Made by a program: the position numbers and the translations under genes
Part shown: positions 25,201-37,993 of the stretch, piece by piece
How the letters are laid out: each line of letters begins with the position of its first letter
Position numbering within the stretch: the first letter of the stretch is position 1
Source: Moniliella sp. 'wahieum'
Taxonomy: Eukaryota
Assembly: GCA_003971905.1 (NCBI GenBank)
Contig: RSEE01000011.1
Span: 744,001-808,000 of the forward strand
Length of the DNA stretch: 64,000 bases
Reading direction: 5' to 3'
Notes under the pieces: generated by a model
What the model was told of the DNA's origin: nothing
Database searches by the model: none
The model's input: the letters and a program-made list of their open reading frames with translations, nothing else

Positions 25201-26680
25201 TCCGGTGGGCGAAGAGCTGATCCAGCATATCCTGCCGCAACTCTCCTCCCCCCTGTGGCAAGTGCGTGAGCAGGCTGCCTGGGCAATCGCTGCGCTCACA
25301 CCTCTCGACCAGGCCGAAGCACGAGCGATGGACATTCTGAGTCAAGCAAAGGGGAGCAACGCGCTCCATGGCGCTGGTTCACACGTGGACCATGACTCGG
25401 GATGGGGGCGCTTCGCCCTCCCTGGTTGCGCTAGCAAGGAAGGCGCAGGCGGATGAGAAGCTGCACCCGGTTGTGCGACAGGTGGCCCGCCAAGTCGTGT
25501 CGGGTCCGAAGGAGCGAGGCTTGGGGCCGGAAGAGCGTCCTCCGAGGAGGCGGAGGATTCAGCCACCGTGTTGGGCCTTTGGCCCACTCGGTGTACCTCA
25601 AGGCGCAGTCTAGCTCGGCATTTAGTCTCACGCCGGAGGAGGAAGCCGCTGACCGCCTTGATCAAGCGATCGGACGAGACGCCGTGCGTGCCAGAAAAGG
25701 AGCTGATTCTCCTCCTGCTTGGTCGGCGTTTGGCCGAGGAAACGACGCCCCCCGCCATTGCGCGTCAGGCGCTGCAACGGATCTATGCCGGGACGCAGAG
25801 GAAGAGCCTGTCTCTACTCGTACCATTGCGTTGGCCGCCTTGGTGCGTTTGCGGTTTCCCTGTATTGGGGCGACCATGTGTGGGCCTGGCGGCGCTGCTC
25901 AACCTTCTTGCTGACGACGAACTGGAGATCCGTTTGGCTGCTGCCCGTCTGGCCGCCCATCTCCTCGTTCGTCTCGGAGAGCAGAAGGCGTCGTCGCCCA
26001 CCCCGTGGGGAGCGCTGTCCGACGAAGGACCTCTGCTTGGCTTCAGTGCCGATCGCGGAATCGCCCTCTTGTACGCCCACATGGCTTTGGTCACAGGCCC
26101 CGCAGCACAAGCCTGGGACACTTACCTCCTCCAACGCATCTTCCTTGACCAAGACGAGTGGAGTGAGTACCGCCTCCATTCCTACTGATGCTCGTCGACG
26201 GATACTCCCACTGAACGCAACCCCCTTACCCCCCCCCCCTTCCAGCCATCCCAAACCCACCGTGCCTTCCCTGTGCAAACCACGCTATTGCTGCCGAGCG
26301 CCAACCTACACATTGACCGTCTCGCCACCCTGCGCACCCACCTCGATGCCGTCCTGCACACTGTCATCCCGCGCCTGGACGCCAAGGGCAAAGCCGCGAT
26401 TCAAGCCCAGGCCGGCGAGCTAACCAAGCGTGCACAGGACCTTGCTACGCACTTCACCGTGGCTCTGGCGGTACCATCGACCGCCGAGGCGGAACGAACG
26501 TTGCTCGTAGCCCAGGTACTCGCTGCGACAGAGACCGTGTTAGCTACCGGTCCCAACCCCCCCTTGTCGCCGCGGCACAACGTTGCTGCGCACTACCTCC
26601 TCCCCTCCCCTCTTGCCACCCCCCTGCTGGACCAAACCTTGGCCTCCCCCCCGCCCTCCCGGCCGCACCGGATCTTGTAA
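22209..26680 (+). CDS. TRM732: THADA/Trm732 (DUF2428) armadillo-like tRNA 2'-O-methylation cofactor
   Basis: YSWRGIKEAS, HVRHRGAFS, ITRRSAGL, IHAFNTLR, WPVRNGALMLY and WQVREQAA motifs. Multiple frameshifts. Confidence 0.9.
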
Positions 26681-26721
26681 GCCCCGTCCCCCTGGGCCAA
26701 TGAGATGAGCAACTAATCGTC

Positions 26722-28025
26722 ATGCCTACTCTTGCGTTCAATTGGACTGTACTTAGGATGGTGTCAGATTTTTTTCTTCCCGAACCTAGGGGGTGGAGGC
26801 CATATCTACATGGTAGCCCAAGCGCTGGTCGCACGGGGCCATAAAGTCGTCATTCTCACCCACGCGTATGGAGAGCGGGTAGGGGTGCGTCACCTCCTGC
26901 GAGGGATCAAGGTGTACTATGTACCGTATGCGGTGGTCGCGCGCCAAGCTACGTTGCCCAACTTTTTTGGCTTGGGTCCGCTCCTGCGTTCGATTGTGGT
27001 GCGGGAACGAATTGAGATTGTGCATGCGCACCAAGCCTTGTCGTCAATGGGGCTGGAAGCGTTGTTGCATGCTGGGAGCATTGGGGTCAAGAGTGTGTTT
27101 ACGGACCACTCCTTGTTTGGGATGGACAATGTGGCGTCCTTCCTGACCTCCAAGTTGCTCCGCTTTCTCTTGAGTGGTACCGGGCACATCATCACCGTCT
27201 CCCATGTTGGCAAGGAAAACACGGCCTTACGCGCCCAGCTCGATCCGGCTCGGGTCAGCGTCATTCCCAACGCCGTTGTCGCCACCCACTTCCTCCCCCC
27301 CGCGCCCGCCCACACCAACACGGAACGGTCGTGACGATCGTCGTTCTGTCCCGGCTCATGTACCGCAAAGGCACCGATCTGCTCGAAGCGGCCATCCCGC
27401 GAATCTGTGCCGCACACCCCATGTGCGCTTCGTGATCGGAGGCGAGGGACCGAACCGGGTGGGACTGGAACAGATGCGCGAGCGCACCGAGTTGCAAGAT
27501 CGCGTCGAATTGGTAGGCTCGGTAGCTAGTACCGATGTCCCGGCTCATCTGCACCGCGGCGACATTTTGCTCAACACCTCTCTCACCGAGGCGTTTGGCA
27601 CGGGCTTGGTGGAAGGTGCGGCGGCGGTTTGTTGGTCGTGTCAACGCGCGTGGGCGGGGTGGAGGAAGTGTTCCTCCGGACCTTGTTCTCCTGGCCGAGG
27701 CAGACGAGGACGATGTGGTGGACACGACGTTGCGGGCGGTGGAGCGGATCGAACGAGGGGAGCATGATCCGTTTCGAGCCCATGCCAAGGTGAAGGAGAT
27801 GTACTCTTGGGCCGAGGTGGCGCGGCGCGTGGAAACCGTGTACGACGAGCTGCCACCGCCATTGGAGAGGGGCAGCTTGCTTCTCCGCTACTACGCAGCG
27901 GGCCATCCTTGGTTCGGCGGGGTGGTGTTTGTCATTGTGGCAGCGGTGGATATGGTGCTGATGGCCTGCTCGACTGGGTTCTTCCTGCTGCCGACATGGA
28001 CCGGGCAGTGGACTTTGGACCCTAA
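26722..28025 (+). CDS. GPI3: Phosphatidylinositol N-acetylglucosaminyltransferase catalytic subunit (PIG-A)
   Basis: MVSDFFFPNLGG..HIY, GHKVVILTHAY, VFTDHSLFG, VSHVGKENT, VSVIPNAV, LNTSLTEAFG, MYSWAEVARRVETVY. Confidence 0.95.
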
Positions 28026-28221
28026 CCACCTACTTTTATACCCTAAGCATCTTTTGTGACGAACAAAACGAATCATTTCGAGGAAAGTACAGAAAGTGCA
28101 GCCCGAGGAAGTAGGGAAAGGGGAGTGAATGTCTAGCTAGTATAATGAGAACCGGAGTGCGAGTGAGCAGGACGACAAACAGATACATGATTTTGGGGAC
28201 TGGGACAACAAAGAAAGACGC

Positions 28222-29737
28222 CTAGAGCGGCTGTCCTGCCTCGCTCCACGTTTCTTCGATGCACTCCCGCAAGCGGCGGAGCCCCAGCTCCATCTCTTCC
28301 ACAGGGACGACCGAGTAAGACAGGCGACAATAAGGGGTAGCCGTGGCTGTAGGGAAAAAGTGGATGCCCGGCACAGCAATGACGCCCTTGGCAAGGGCCT
28401 TGTGGTGCAACATGTCACTCGAACAGGGTCCTGGCAAATGCAACTTGATCCAAAGGAACATCCCTGCCTCGGGCGTCACCCATTCTGCCACCGCCTTCTT
28501 CCCTTCTCCAGCCCCAAAGACAGAGCGGACGAGGCGCTCAAACAAGTCCCTTCGATCACGGTAAAAAGTAGCGACCTTGTCGGCATTGTAGAGGAATCCG
28601 TCCACCCCCCAGTGTTCCAGGAGAGCGAGGGACATGGCCATCGTTGGTCCCGAAGCATGCATCAGGCCCGAAGCCGAAACCACATCCATCGCTTCAATCA
28701 GAGTTTGAGGCCCTGAAGCAAACCCGATCCGTAGACCCGCCGAGAGGATTTGGAGAAGGAATCAAACCGAAGAACACGGCCGTTGCCCCAAAGGTCCTTG
28801 TCCTCCTCTTCTAGAGCAAAGTAGGATTTGATCCTGGGCCGCGTGGTGGGGTTCGCACCCAGACCATCGTAGTTGAGGAAATAGTACGCGTCATCCTCGA
28901 GAATCAGCACACCATGGCGCCGACACACGTTGAGCACCATCCGTTTGCGTTGCTCACTGGCTGTGGTCCCATGGGGGTTCCCGCCAACGGGGATTGTACA
29001 AGCATTTGGGAAAGGGCTTATCTTTGGTTGCTGCGTTGGTGCGCCAGCCGCTGAGTTGCCGCTCGAGAGCAGCCGCGTCCAAGCCGCCATCACCAATGGC
29101 GGCTGGTACGGGCTCCGCTCCCAATGGGTGTACAGGGAGGAGGGCGCCACTGTCCGTGCGATGAGAGCGGTTAGCACGGTCTAGCAGCATAAGGGGCGCA
29201 AGGATGGACGTACGCGTAGGTTGGTGCTTCAAACAAGACCGTGTCCCCGGGTCCAGGAGCACACGGAAAGCAGTCGAGAGCAAGTCTTGGATGCCTGATC
29301 CGACCGTGACCCCCATGTATGGGCAGGGTGAGTAGAATGAATGGGGCGTGAATGGAGGGTGGAGACAAAGGACTGGAACCAGTCGGCGAGCGGAGCGAGG
29401 CCCTGGGCGGGCAGGTACTGCAAGCTGGCCTCAAACAGGTCGGGCGGACGGTGACGGGATCGGTGGCGCCGGTCTGCGGGTTGACCGCGCCAAAGGTGAG
29501 CCACTTGAAGGGGAACATGGAAGGGTTGGGCATGCCAGACAGGAAGCTGATGCCGCGGTCCATGTCCTCGGCGCTGTAGAGCCTGCGGATGGAGCCATCG
29601 GGCCAATTGCGCAAGGCGGCGGACAGGTAGCGGTCGTAGTCCACCACGGCTGTTGCTGCGGGGGGCGCAGGGGCCTTGGCCAGCGACTTGGCCAGCGGCG
29701 GGGTGGGGGCGATGGTGTCCATTCCGCCGTCGGGCAT
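28222..29737 (-). CDS. ARO8: PLP-dependent aromatic amino acid / 2-aminoadipate aminotransferase (class I/II)
   Basis: ISFLSGMPNPSMFPF, GGNPHGTT, LILEDDAYYFL, RVLRFDSFSK (PLP lysine), PEAGMFLW and VIAVPG motifs. Confidence 0.85.
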
Positions 29738-29769
29738 GGTTGAGACGAGGGGATTAGGGAAGGGGGATG

Positions 29770-29838
29770 GGGGATGGATGGAGGATGGAGGATGGAGGAT
29801 GGAGGATGGAGATGGAGGATGGAGGATGAAGGATGGAG
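29770..29838. repeat. (GGATGGA)n heptamer repeat upstream of the aminotransferase
   Basis: Direct reading of tandem ggatgga units. Confidence 0.9.
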
Positions 29839-30404
29839 ATGCGCTGAGGCGTAGGAGCATTATATACACGCACAATCTTCCCCAGGCGAGGGCGATTAAT
29901 GTGTTACAGATGGAGGACACGAGATAAAAAGGACGAGGCACGGGGGCAGTCATCCACAGGGCTCCCGCGTGGTGCTGATCATGTAACACATGCCGCACTG
30001 CGCCGCACCCTCCCGCCCGCGGGGGGGCCGTGCAGCACCACAGTGGCCCTGTGCCGGCGCGCCACACGCGAATGCAGGCGCGTGTCCATCGTAGCTGAAT
30101 GCAGCGGGCACCCCACCAGTGTGCGACAGGGCCCCCGTACGCGGCCCCCCTGCTTACCTAACAAGACGGTCTGCTGAGCTGCATGTTGGGCGCCACCCGA
30201 AGCGGCCGGATACAGCCGGCAATCAGAAGCACGTGGGCTCGTTGCACCGACTTGCAAAGGGCACAGCCCCAATTTAGCAGCAAGGTTGAACTTCAATTGT
30301 CCCGTGCGCTCCTGGCTGTCTTATTGGCGCCTCCGCAGCCAGATCGCACATCAACACCCTCAGAGCAGCTGCGATCGGCACAGCTGCTTGCGGTTGCTGC
30401 GTCC

Positions 30405-30851
30405 ATGTCGGCTGTCTCCCCGTCCCCCTCCTCTGCGCCTCGCCTCCGCCGCACCCCCGCCATGGACCGCCCCGAGCCTGACCTCGTCCTCGACCCCTTC
30501 CCCCCCGAGAAGCGCGATGGCAAGTGGGCGTCCGAAGCCGGTTCGGCCGCTCTGGCGCATGCTGCCCATCTCCCGCGCTCGCTCCTGTCCCAAGCCGCGG
30601 ACAATGCGACGCGCGCCCGCCTAGCCGCGGCCAACCCCGCGTTGGCAGAAACGTACCAGCGCACGTTGCGCGAAAGCAATGCGTACCGAGCGCCATCGCA
30701 CCATGCGCGGCTGCTGCTGCTCCTGCTCATCGCTGGCCTGTTTTGGTATGCGTATCATTTCCACAATCAGACCTTCCCTTCCCTTCACCCTGACGACTGG
30801 CACGACGCGTTCCTCCAAGATGGCGAAGCCAATATGCATGGCTACCAATGA
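30405..30851 (+). CDS. Hypothetical single-pass membrane protein
   Basis: Uninterrupted ORF MSAVSPSP... with hydrophobic LLLLLLIAGLFWYAY. Confidence 0.55.
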   Translation: MSAVSPSPSSAPRLRRTPAMDRPEPDLVLDPFPPEKRDGKWASEAGSAALAHAAHLPRSLLSQAADNATRARLAAANPALAETYQRTLRESNAYRAPSHHARLLLLLLIAGLFWYAYHFHNQTFPSLHPDDWHDAFLQDGEANMHGYQ

Positions 30852-31513
30852 CCATCTGTGCCCTTGTTCTTCCTCTGTCCGCTTATCTCCTCTTCTCTCC
30901 CGCGTTCCTTCCCCCGGTAACCTTCCCCCCGGCTCCCAATCTGGCGCTGCAAGGAATGGGCACCAACTGCCCCCCGCGGCCCCCCGCGTGTGCACGTTCG
31001 TCTCCCCTCTGCATTGCCGCCTGCGACTTAGCTCGTGCCCACGTTTGTTTGTTTGTTGGACCCATATTTGATTCCCGTGTCACGGACCTGTCTTGCGCCC
31101 AAACAAGCCTCGTAGAGAGCGTGAGATGGTGAGTGAGCCAAAGACGAGGGAACAACCCTACCCCAGCCTAGCAAGCAAGCTTCAAGTCCAACCCTATCTT
31201 ACCCTATCCTGGATGCGGAACGGGGGCAAGTGCCAATTAATAATCCCATTCCGCCCTCCTGCCCAGCGTAGCACCGGGGTGACTCCAGCCCATCCCACCC
31301 CGCTCCCTCCTACCTGGCTGCTGGTGGGTTTGCTCGACCACCGTTTGTCCGTTGCTTGGCTCGTCGTATGTCTCTCTCCTCCTCTCTGGTTCACCGCCAC
31401 CTCCACCTCCACCATCCACCATCCATCATTGCCCCGGTTCATCTCGGTGATGTTGGTGGAAGAAACCATGCTAACCCCCCTACCCCCTTCTCTCCACCCT
31501 GGCCAGCCCCACC

Positions 31514-31702
31514 ATGTCATCCGAACTACGCCATTCGCCCTGGGCCAAGCGTGACCAATGGCGCTACCACCCCATCTTCCAACTGCGTAATATGGTGCGG
31601 TACTCTCTTCCGGGCTTTACCTGGTCCACGTCCGTGTTTGTTGGGTACTGCATCTGGGAGTACTTTGCCACGCCTGCGGCGCCCGCATCGGGACACCATT
31701 AG
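31514..31702 (+). CDS. NDUFB3: NADH:ubiquinone oxidoreductase subunit B12 (NB2M)
   Basis: PWAKRDQWRYHPIF...LPGFTWSTSVFVGYCIWEYF...HH matches the NDUF_B12 pattern. Confidence 0.85.
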   Translation: MSSELRHSPWAKRDQWRYHPIFQLRNMVRYSLPGFTWSTSVFVGYCIWEYFATPAAPASGHH

Positions 31703-32209
31703 CCTCTTCCTCTCATGGTACCCTTTACCCTTTGCATGCTCGCTGTGGCCCACGGTTCTCTCTCTCCTCCCCTTTGTACTGGGGCGTTCAGGTGGTGAGG
31801 AGCGAAGTGGCCATGCTTCACAGTGGATAGAAACGCAGAGAAGGGGGGGGCGACTGTACCTGCGCCAGTACCTGTGCCTGCGATTGTTCCTCCAGTCCAT
31901 ACAGTGCGAAACCGTGACCGAGCAACGCAAAGGAAAGGAAAGGACATCACATACTGCCCATCTCTTTGCCTGGAGTGCTGTATGCGGGGTACACTACTGC
32001 AACTTGCTGAACGTTAATTACGCTGTTGGTAACTCAAGCCAAAAGCTTTGCGCAGGCGGGGGGGGATGTAGTCCATTCCTATTTCACCGAAACGAAATGC
32101 ATATAGGCCCAAGGGAGGGTGGTGAGGGGGGGGAAAGGGGCACAGGGTAAACAGGAGAGAGGAAATGTAGGGCGGGTGACCACGAGCTGGACTGGGAGCA
32201 AAAAAGCAC

Positions 32210-35020
32210 CTAGTAAGCACCTCGATACGTACGTTCCACCCTAGGGTCGCGAGGGTCGCGAGGGTCTCGTACTTCGTAGTACTCTGCCGCCTGACCGCCG
32301 GGGACCAATGCGGGGGGTAAACTCATGGGCAACGAGGTGGGATCCAACGCCATCCCACTCGCGTTCGACGATAGAGATGGCAGGGTGGGTCCCATGGCAC
32401 TAGGTAGGGCAGAAAGCACTCCGGCGGGGAGCGGTCGGGATGGTGGAGGGAAGCGACAGTGCGCGGGGGTGGTACGAGCTGGGAGGAGGCGGGGGGGGCT
32501 GGGAGAACCCAGCTGCCGCAGCTGCAGCTGCTGTAGCCGAAGATGAAATAGGCGCTGCACCAGCACCAACCCCCACTCCAGCCCCAGCACCAGGAAGAGA
32601 AGGGTCGTAGTAGTACCCCCCCGTGCGACCGTACGGGGTAGAAGTCATGTCGGCTGCGCCGCCGTAGGTTCGGTGCGGTCCAACAACCGACCGGTGTCGT
32701 GCCACCCCCGTCCCCGTCGGGTCGACGTAACTTGCCCGGTTACGCTGTGTATGGGTCGCTTGCACTTGCGCCTGTGCCTGTGCCTGTGCCTGTGCTTGGG
32801 CCTGTGCCTGGGCCTGGGCATACGAAGCTGCCTCAGCAGCATAGTTGCGCCCGGACGTGACACGAGCAGTGCGAGGTGAGTCAGAGGGGAGGCGATGAGA
32901 ATTCCTCTCCAGCGAGGAAGAAGACGATGCCGAAGCCGAAGCTGAAAGCGAAGCTGAAACCGAGCCCGGAGCTGGAACTGGAGCTGCAGCTGGAACTGGA
33001 CCTTGCGTGGGAGCCGCGAGCGGAGCAAGGGGGAGAGAAAGTGCCGATCCCGATCCCGATGAGGACACGGGTGGCGCTGTACTGGGGACAGTTGCCGCCG
33101 CTTGTGCTGGTACGGCGGTCGTGCCACGCAGTTCAGTCGGGTCAGGGGGCTGGAACGGTCCGGTAAACGGTTCGCCCGTCACGAATGGGTGCAACCGAGC
33201 CTGGTGCGCGGTCCAGCGCAAGTGCGGGTCCATCTGGAGCAAGCCCTGGAGGAAATCGATAAAGCACGTTCGTTGAGCTTGTTCGCGCGCTTCGTCGGTC
33301 CGATGATGGCTCGAGTGAGGGTGTCCGCGCGAGCGGGAGAGGGGGTAGGAACGAATAATGTCAGGCAAGGTGGTGGCAGCAAAGAATTTTTTGGTCGGGG
33401 GTTCGTTGGGTTTGTCCGGATGTTCTTTGGCCCATTGCTCGCGTGTTTTGAGGTGATAGTGCGGCTGGCCATACTCGTCTGGGTACCGACGGAAAAAGTG
33501 ATGGGTATGCTTGCCCTTGGCGAGCATGGAGGTAGGTGGCATCCCCATCATCTCGACAATGCAGGTCATTTGATTGAACTCGCTTGTTCCGGGGAACAAG
33601 GGCAGACCGAGGAAGAGCTCGGCGGCAATGCAGCCCAAACTCCACATATCAATCGCTGCATTGTACGGCAAACCGAGCAGGACTTCGGGCGAACGGTAAA
33701 AGCGGGATTGAATGTAGGTGAACGCGGTTTGATGTTCGTCGCAGGCCGAGCCAAAGTCGACGAGTTTGATGGCCAAGGGTGGTTGGAGCGACTTGAGCAA
33801 AATGTTTTCGGGCTTGAGGTCGCAGTGGATAATGTGGGCATCCTGGAGGACCGAGAGCGCATCGAGCAACTGAGACGAAAATACACGTACCAACCAGGGA
33901 CTTACGCCGCGGTACGAGTTTTGTCGAATCAGTTCGTACAAGTTGCTCGACAAGAGTTCAAATACCAAGCACAAATGTTTGGCGTGGAGAAACGTATCGT
34001 GCAAACGAAGCAGATGGTGCTCGTCGCGCGGATCAAATTTGGTATTGAGCACCTCCAACACAGCCACCTCAGTCCAGCTTTGTTGGAGGTAAGCCGGATG
34101 GTTCTTGATCACCTTGACTGCCACAATTTCGTGCGTGCGCATGTTTTGGCACTTGACCACCTGGCCAAATGTGCCCTGGCCAAGCATGTCCAAGATCAAA
34201 TACTTGTCCCCATCCTCGGTGCCGAGCCAGTCGTTGACGTAGAGAATAAAGTCGTTCGTTTCGTTGTCCCGGCCTTGGTTGTGCGCCGGCTTGGCTGGCT
34301 TGGTCAGTACCCGACGAGGATTGCAGGCCAGTTCGTAGAGGAAGGATGGGTTGACAAGGTGGTATGTATGGTGGAGGTAGGACGTCAAAGCCTTCAGGGG
34401 CTGTAGGAAAACCGAACCGAGGTTCAAGAGTCAGACAATTATCCCAAACACAAAAGCAAACCCACAGGCAAGCAGACGGAATAGGAAAGGAGAAAAGGGA
34501 AAGGAGAAAAGAGAAAGGAGAAAAGAAAAGGGATGGATACGCACGCTGACCATCCCACCTGCTGGGTCTGCTCGTCGTCCCGTTGCACGATGAAGCGCCT
34601 CAGTGTTGGGCCTCAAGTCGGCGGGATCGCGCACGCGGCGGAAGCCATCGCGGGCGGGGTTGAAGCGGGGCGGTGGAGGGGCGGTGGGGGAGGTGGGGGA
34701 GGCGGTCTGCCAGGGGGCATAGAGGGAGGAGCGGTAGGACACGGGAGGCGGGGGGCATAGCCTGCATGGCATGCATCGGAGCGAGCGACGACGCGGAGGG
34801 AGGCAAGCCACGACAAGGTCGACGAGGCGGTGGGGGGCGCAAGGTTGGCGAGCGAGGAGGGCAAGTGGGTGGTCGCAGCGCCATGGGGGGCCGGAGAGTA
34901 GCCGTCGTCGTCGGCCGCACTGGCCTCGACGTCGCCTCTGCGGCTGTGGCGGCGCTCGAGACGGTCGAGGCGGTCGAGGGACGGAGGCAGGGCATCGATG
35001 GGCGCGCCGGAAGCGTCCAT
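32210..35020 (-). CDS. YAK1: Yak1-type dual-specificity (DYRK-family) protein kinase
   Basis: RRADPAGG|PLKALT, NPRRVLTKP, LGQGTFGQVVKC, HCDLKPEN, DFGSAC, YIQSRFYRSPEV. Intron at ~34410-34545; poly-(QA) tract in the C-terminus. Confidence 0.95.
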
Positions 35021-35683
35021 GGCGGGCGGCGGGGCGGGGCAGATCGTCGCGCAGACAGCGATGCGCCCCCCCGTCTGCGGCTGCCTGCGAGTCAGGTCCA
35101 GGTGGCCCTCCAGCCTTCAAGGCGAGGCCGCCGGATGAGCTCAGCGCAAAAATGAAATTGGAGCGCCACGGCGCCACTTCAAGCTTCACTTCCACCTCCG
35201 CCACCTTCCCCCTATCACTCTTCTCCCCGCTCATCTAAATCTAACGTGGGGGCCATTCCCCTCGCCCGCTGCCCCATCCGCCGCTCTCGCAACGCATCCT
35301 CGCCTATCCCCGATGGTGGCATACATACAAGTCAAATGCGAGCAAAACATAGACATGGGCACGGACATGGATGGGATCCGGTACAAGAGCAAAAGAGACA
35401 CAACGGAACACAGACGGGAAGAGAAGGGAGACAAGGGTGGGAAGGGAGACAAGGGTGGGAAGGGCGGGAAGGAAGCAGGTAAATCAGAGGAAACCACTGG
35501 GATCGCTGAGATCCATGATACCTCGATCGCTCAATCCCTCGGGCGCTCAGGATCGCAGGATCGCATGATCTCAGGGTCGCAGGGTGCCATGATCACAAGG
35601 TCGATCCTTTCCAACCTGCGGGAGGTGCGCTAAGGGATCAAAGGGACCTCCCCCCGAGCCGGAAGAGACAAACGACAAAGCCA

Positions 35684-37159
35684 CTATACAGGCCAGTGGG
35701 GCGGCTTGGGCTCTTCCACCCGTACGGCTGGCACACCTGCCACCGCATCGGGGGGCAACAGTTGGGTTGTGACGTATGCCTGGGGAAGGTTTCCACCGAG
35801 CGAGAAGAGTGGGGGACAGGGGAGATCGGAGCTGGCGGTACGACAGTAATGTCCCGCCCACCGTGCCGACCAAAGGACTGGTCGGGTGGCTAGGGACGAT
35901 GACCTGGGGGCCAACCAGAGGCCCAGCCATTGGCCAGTCATTGGTCCAGTCATTGGCCCAGTCATTGGTCCAGTCATTGGCCCAGTCAATGGCCCCGCCA
36001 GAGGGGACAAGAGCGGGCTGGGACTTAAATGCGAGCCTGGGTGCGGGCTTGCGTTGGGGAGGGAAATCGGGCTGGTGGGCATGGGACTTAACGGGCCCGG
36101 GAGCAAGAGGGGGCTGGTAGCCAAGGGACTTAGGTTGCCTGGGTGCAGTGGGGATCCAGCTGGATGTGGCGAACCCGAAGTGGCAGAATAGGAACCGGGA
36201 TAGGAAGCAGAACCAGAACCAGTACCAGTAACCACCAGAGTGAGGGGACAGATGTTGAGGCCCTGCCCTTGCTGGGGTGAGACGGCGAGGTGCGGTTGGT
36301 TTGGCGCGTGGCGAGATGGACAGGCCCAGTGCCGATCCTGATCCTGATCCCGAGGTCTGGCCCGAGGTCTGGCCCGATCCTGCCCCGATCCCTGCCCCGA
36401 GGGCGGGACAGAAGCGGAAGGTGAGCCAGCCGAGGTCCCCGTCTGATCCGTATGGTTAAACCGTTTGTGTCGGCGGAGGTTAGACTGGACACTAAAACTT
36501 TTGCCGCAGTCAGGTTCGTCGCACACGTAGGGTTTTTCGCCCGTATGAACGTGGAGGTGGATCTGAGGGACGAAGGGCGGGTGAACCGTTTGCCGCACCA
36601 TTGGCATTCGTACTTGTGCGACGACTGGGCAGTCTTTTCCGCCGCACCCCTCCGTTTCCCCCGGAACATGCAGGGGGAGGATCCGGACTGGCGGCCGATC
36701 CCCGGCGAGGCGGGGGGAGGCAGCGCCACCATGCTGCCACTTGGACTGGGACTGGGGCCCGGTACGGGCGGGAGGGAAGGCAGGGGCGAAATCGGGTGCG
36801 GGGAGAGGGAGCTGACACTGGCACTGACCGAGCCAGGGACGGGTTGGAGGTACGATCCGGAAGGCGAAGAGGCTGCTACCGATACCGCGCCCAGGTCCCA
36901 TCGAGGAGGTGGAGGAGCGGGCAGAGAGGCTCTGGTGGTAGAGGAATGCAGGCTGGTCGCGGGCAAAGAGGTTGTCCTGAACCTGGGCAGGTGGGATGAA
37001 GAGTTCGCCTTGTTGTAGCGGGGCTGGGGGTGGGGGAGGCGGTTGAGGGTGGGCTGGCGTGGTGGGCAGAGGGGGCAGGTCGTACGCCCATGGGTGCAGG
37101 TTGGACTCCTCCTCGCCTAAGGGGAGGGTCAGATCGGGGAAGAGTTGGAGGCGCTCCAT
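35684..37159 (-). CDS. C2H2 zinc-finger transcription factor (two fingers)
   Basis: YECQWCGKRFTRPSSL..HLHVHTGEKPYVCDEPDCGKSFSVQSNLRRHKRFNH. The start may lie further upstream (~37713); both ends uncertain. Confidence 0.85.
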   Translation of the reverse strand: MERLQLFPDLTLPLGEEESNLHPWAYDLPPLPTTPAHPQPPPPPPAPLQQGELFIPPAQVQDNLFARDQPAFLYHQSLSARSSTSSMGPGRGIGSSLFAFRIVPPTRPWLGQCQCQLPLPAPDFAPAFPPARTGPQSQSKWQHGGAASPRLAGDRPPVRILPLHVPGETEGCGGKDCPVVAQVRMPMVRQTVHPPFVPQIHLHVHTGEKPYVCDEPDCGKSFSVQSNLRRHKRFNHTDQTGTSAGSPSASVPPSGQGSGQDRARPRARPRDQDQDRHWACPSRHAPNQPHLAVSPQQGQGLNICPLTLVVTGTGSGSASYPGSYSATSGSPHPAGSPLHPGNLSPLATSPLLLPGPLSPMPTSPISLPNASPHPGSHLSPSPLLSPLAGPLTGPMTGPMTGPMTGPMTGQWLGLWLAPRSSSLATRPVLWSARWAGHYCRTASSDLPCPPLFSLGGNLPQAYVTTQLLPPDAVAGVPAVRVEEPKPPHWPV

Positions 37160-37993
37160 GGCGGCGAGGGCAGAGGCGGTGCGGGAGTGGGCGTGGGTAC
37201 GGGAGGGACGCGGGACGCGGCGGGGGCGGGAGACGGGTGGGCGGCGGGCGGGGCTGGAGAGGGGGGGGAGGTGGTGGAGGTGGAGTGGGATGGGGCGGGA
37301 GTGGGAGTAGGAGTGGGAGGGGGTGTGGGAGCGCAGCGAGCTGGTACGGGGCGGGGGATGGGGGCGCCCGGGGCGGTAGGGCTGGGTGCGGGCGGTAGCT
37401 GTGGCGGTGGTGGTGGCGGCGGAGGCGTGCGGCGGTGGGAGCGGGGCCTCGGCGCGGGGAGAGAGAGGGAGGAGGCGTGGGCGTGCTGGGCGCGGGCGTG
37501 AGAGAGAGGAGGTGCGGGGTGCTGGGCGCTGGCGCGGGCGAGGAGGTCGAGGCCGCCTTCGGAGGGGTGGGGCGGTGGCGTGGGAAGACCCAGGGGGCGG
37601 CGGCGGCGGGGCGGCGGGCCTAAGGATGGCGGATGCTGGGGAGCGGGGTGGGGGCTGCGGGCGGAGGGCGCCTGGTGGGGGTGGGCGGGTGGGGTGGGCA
37701 TAGGCTGCGCACATGGCAGTGCTCAGAAGCCCATTGGAGGAGGGAGCGCAGCTGTGGTGGTGGAGCAGCACCCAGCCGAGCGCGTCTGGGTCTGCGCTGC
37801 ACACTCGGCCTCTGCCGGCCCTCCACGTATCATCACACAGTCACGCTCTTGTCTGTCCACTCCCATCTGTGTATTCCACACTCCATCTGTCTATTCCACA
37901 CTCCATCGTCTATTCTCCACTCCATCCGTCTATCTCCACTCCATCGTTATTCCCCCTCCCATCCCCCTCCCTCATAGCTCACCCCTTGCCATT

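Noticed and set aside
33102..34406. 434-aa + strand ORF and other long antisense ORFs (e.g. 37580-38788, 62384-63343)
   Set aside because: They are shadow ORFs antisense to YAK1, PEX16 and RhoGEF, as expected in GC-rich coding DNA, and show no domain motifs.
35925..35990. 12-bp repeat (CAGTCATTGG(C/T)C) and similar QA/LP hexamer runs at 32761-32820 and 62552-62592
   Set aside because: These are ordinary low-complexity coding repeats inside proteins (GPMT, QA, LP).
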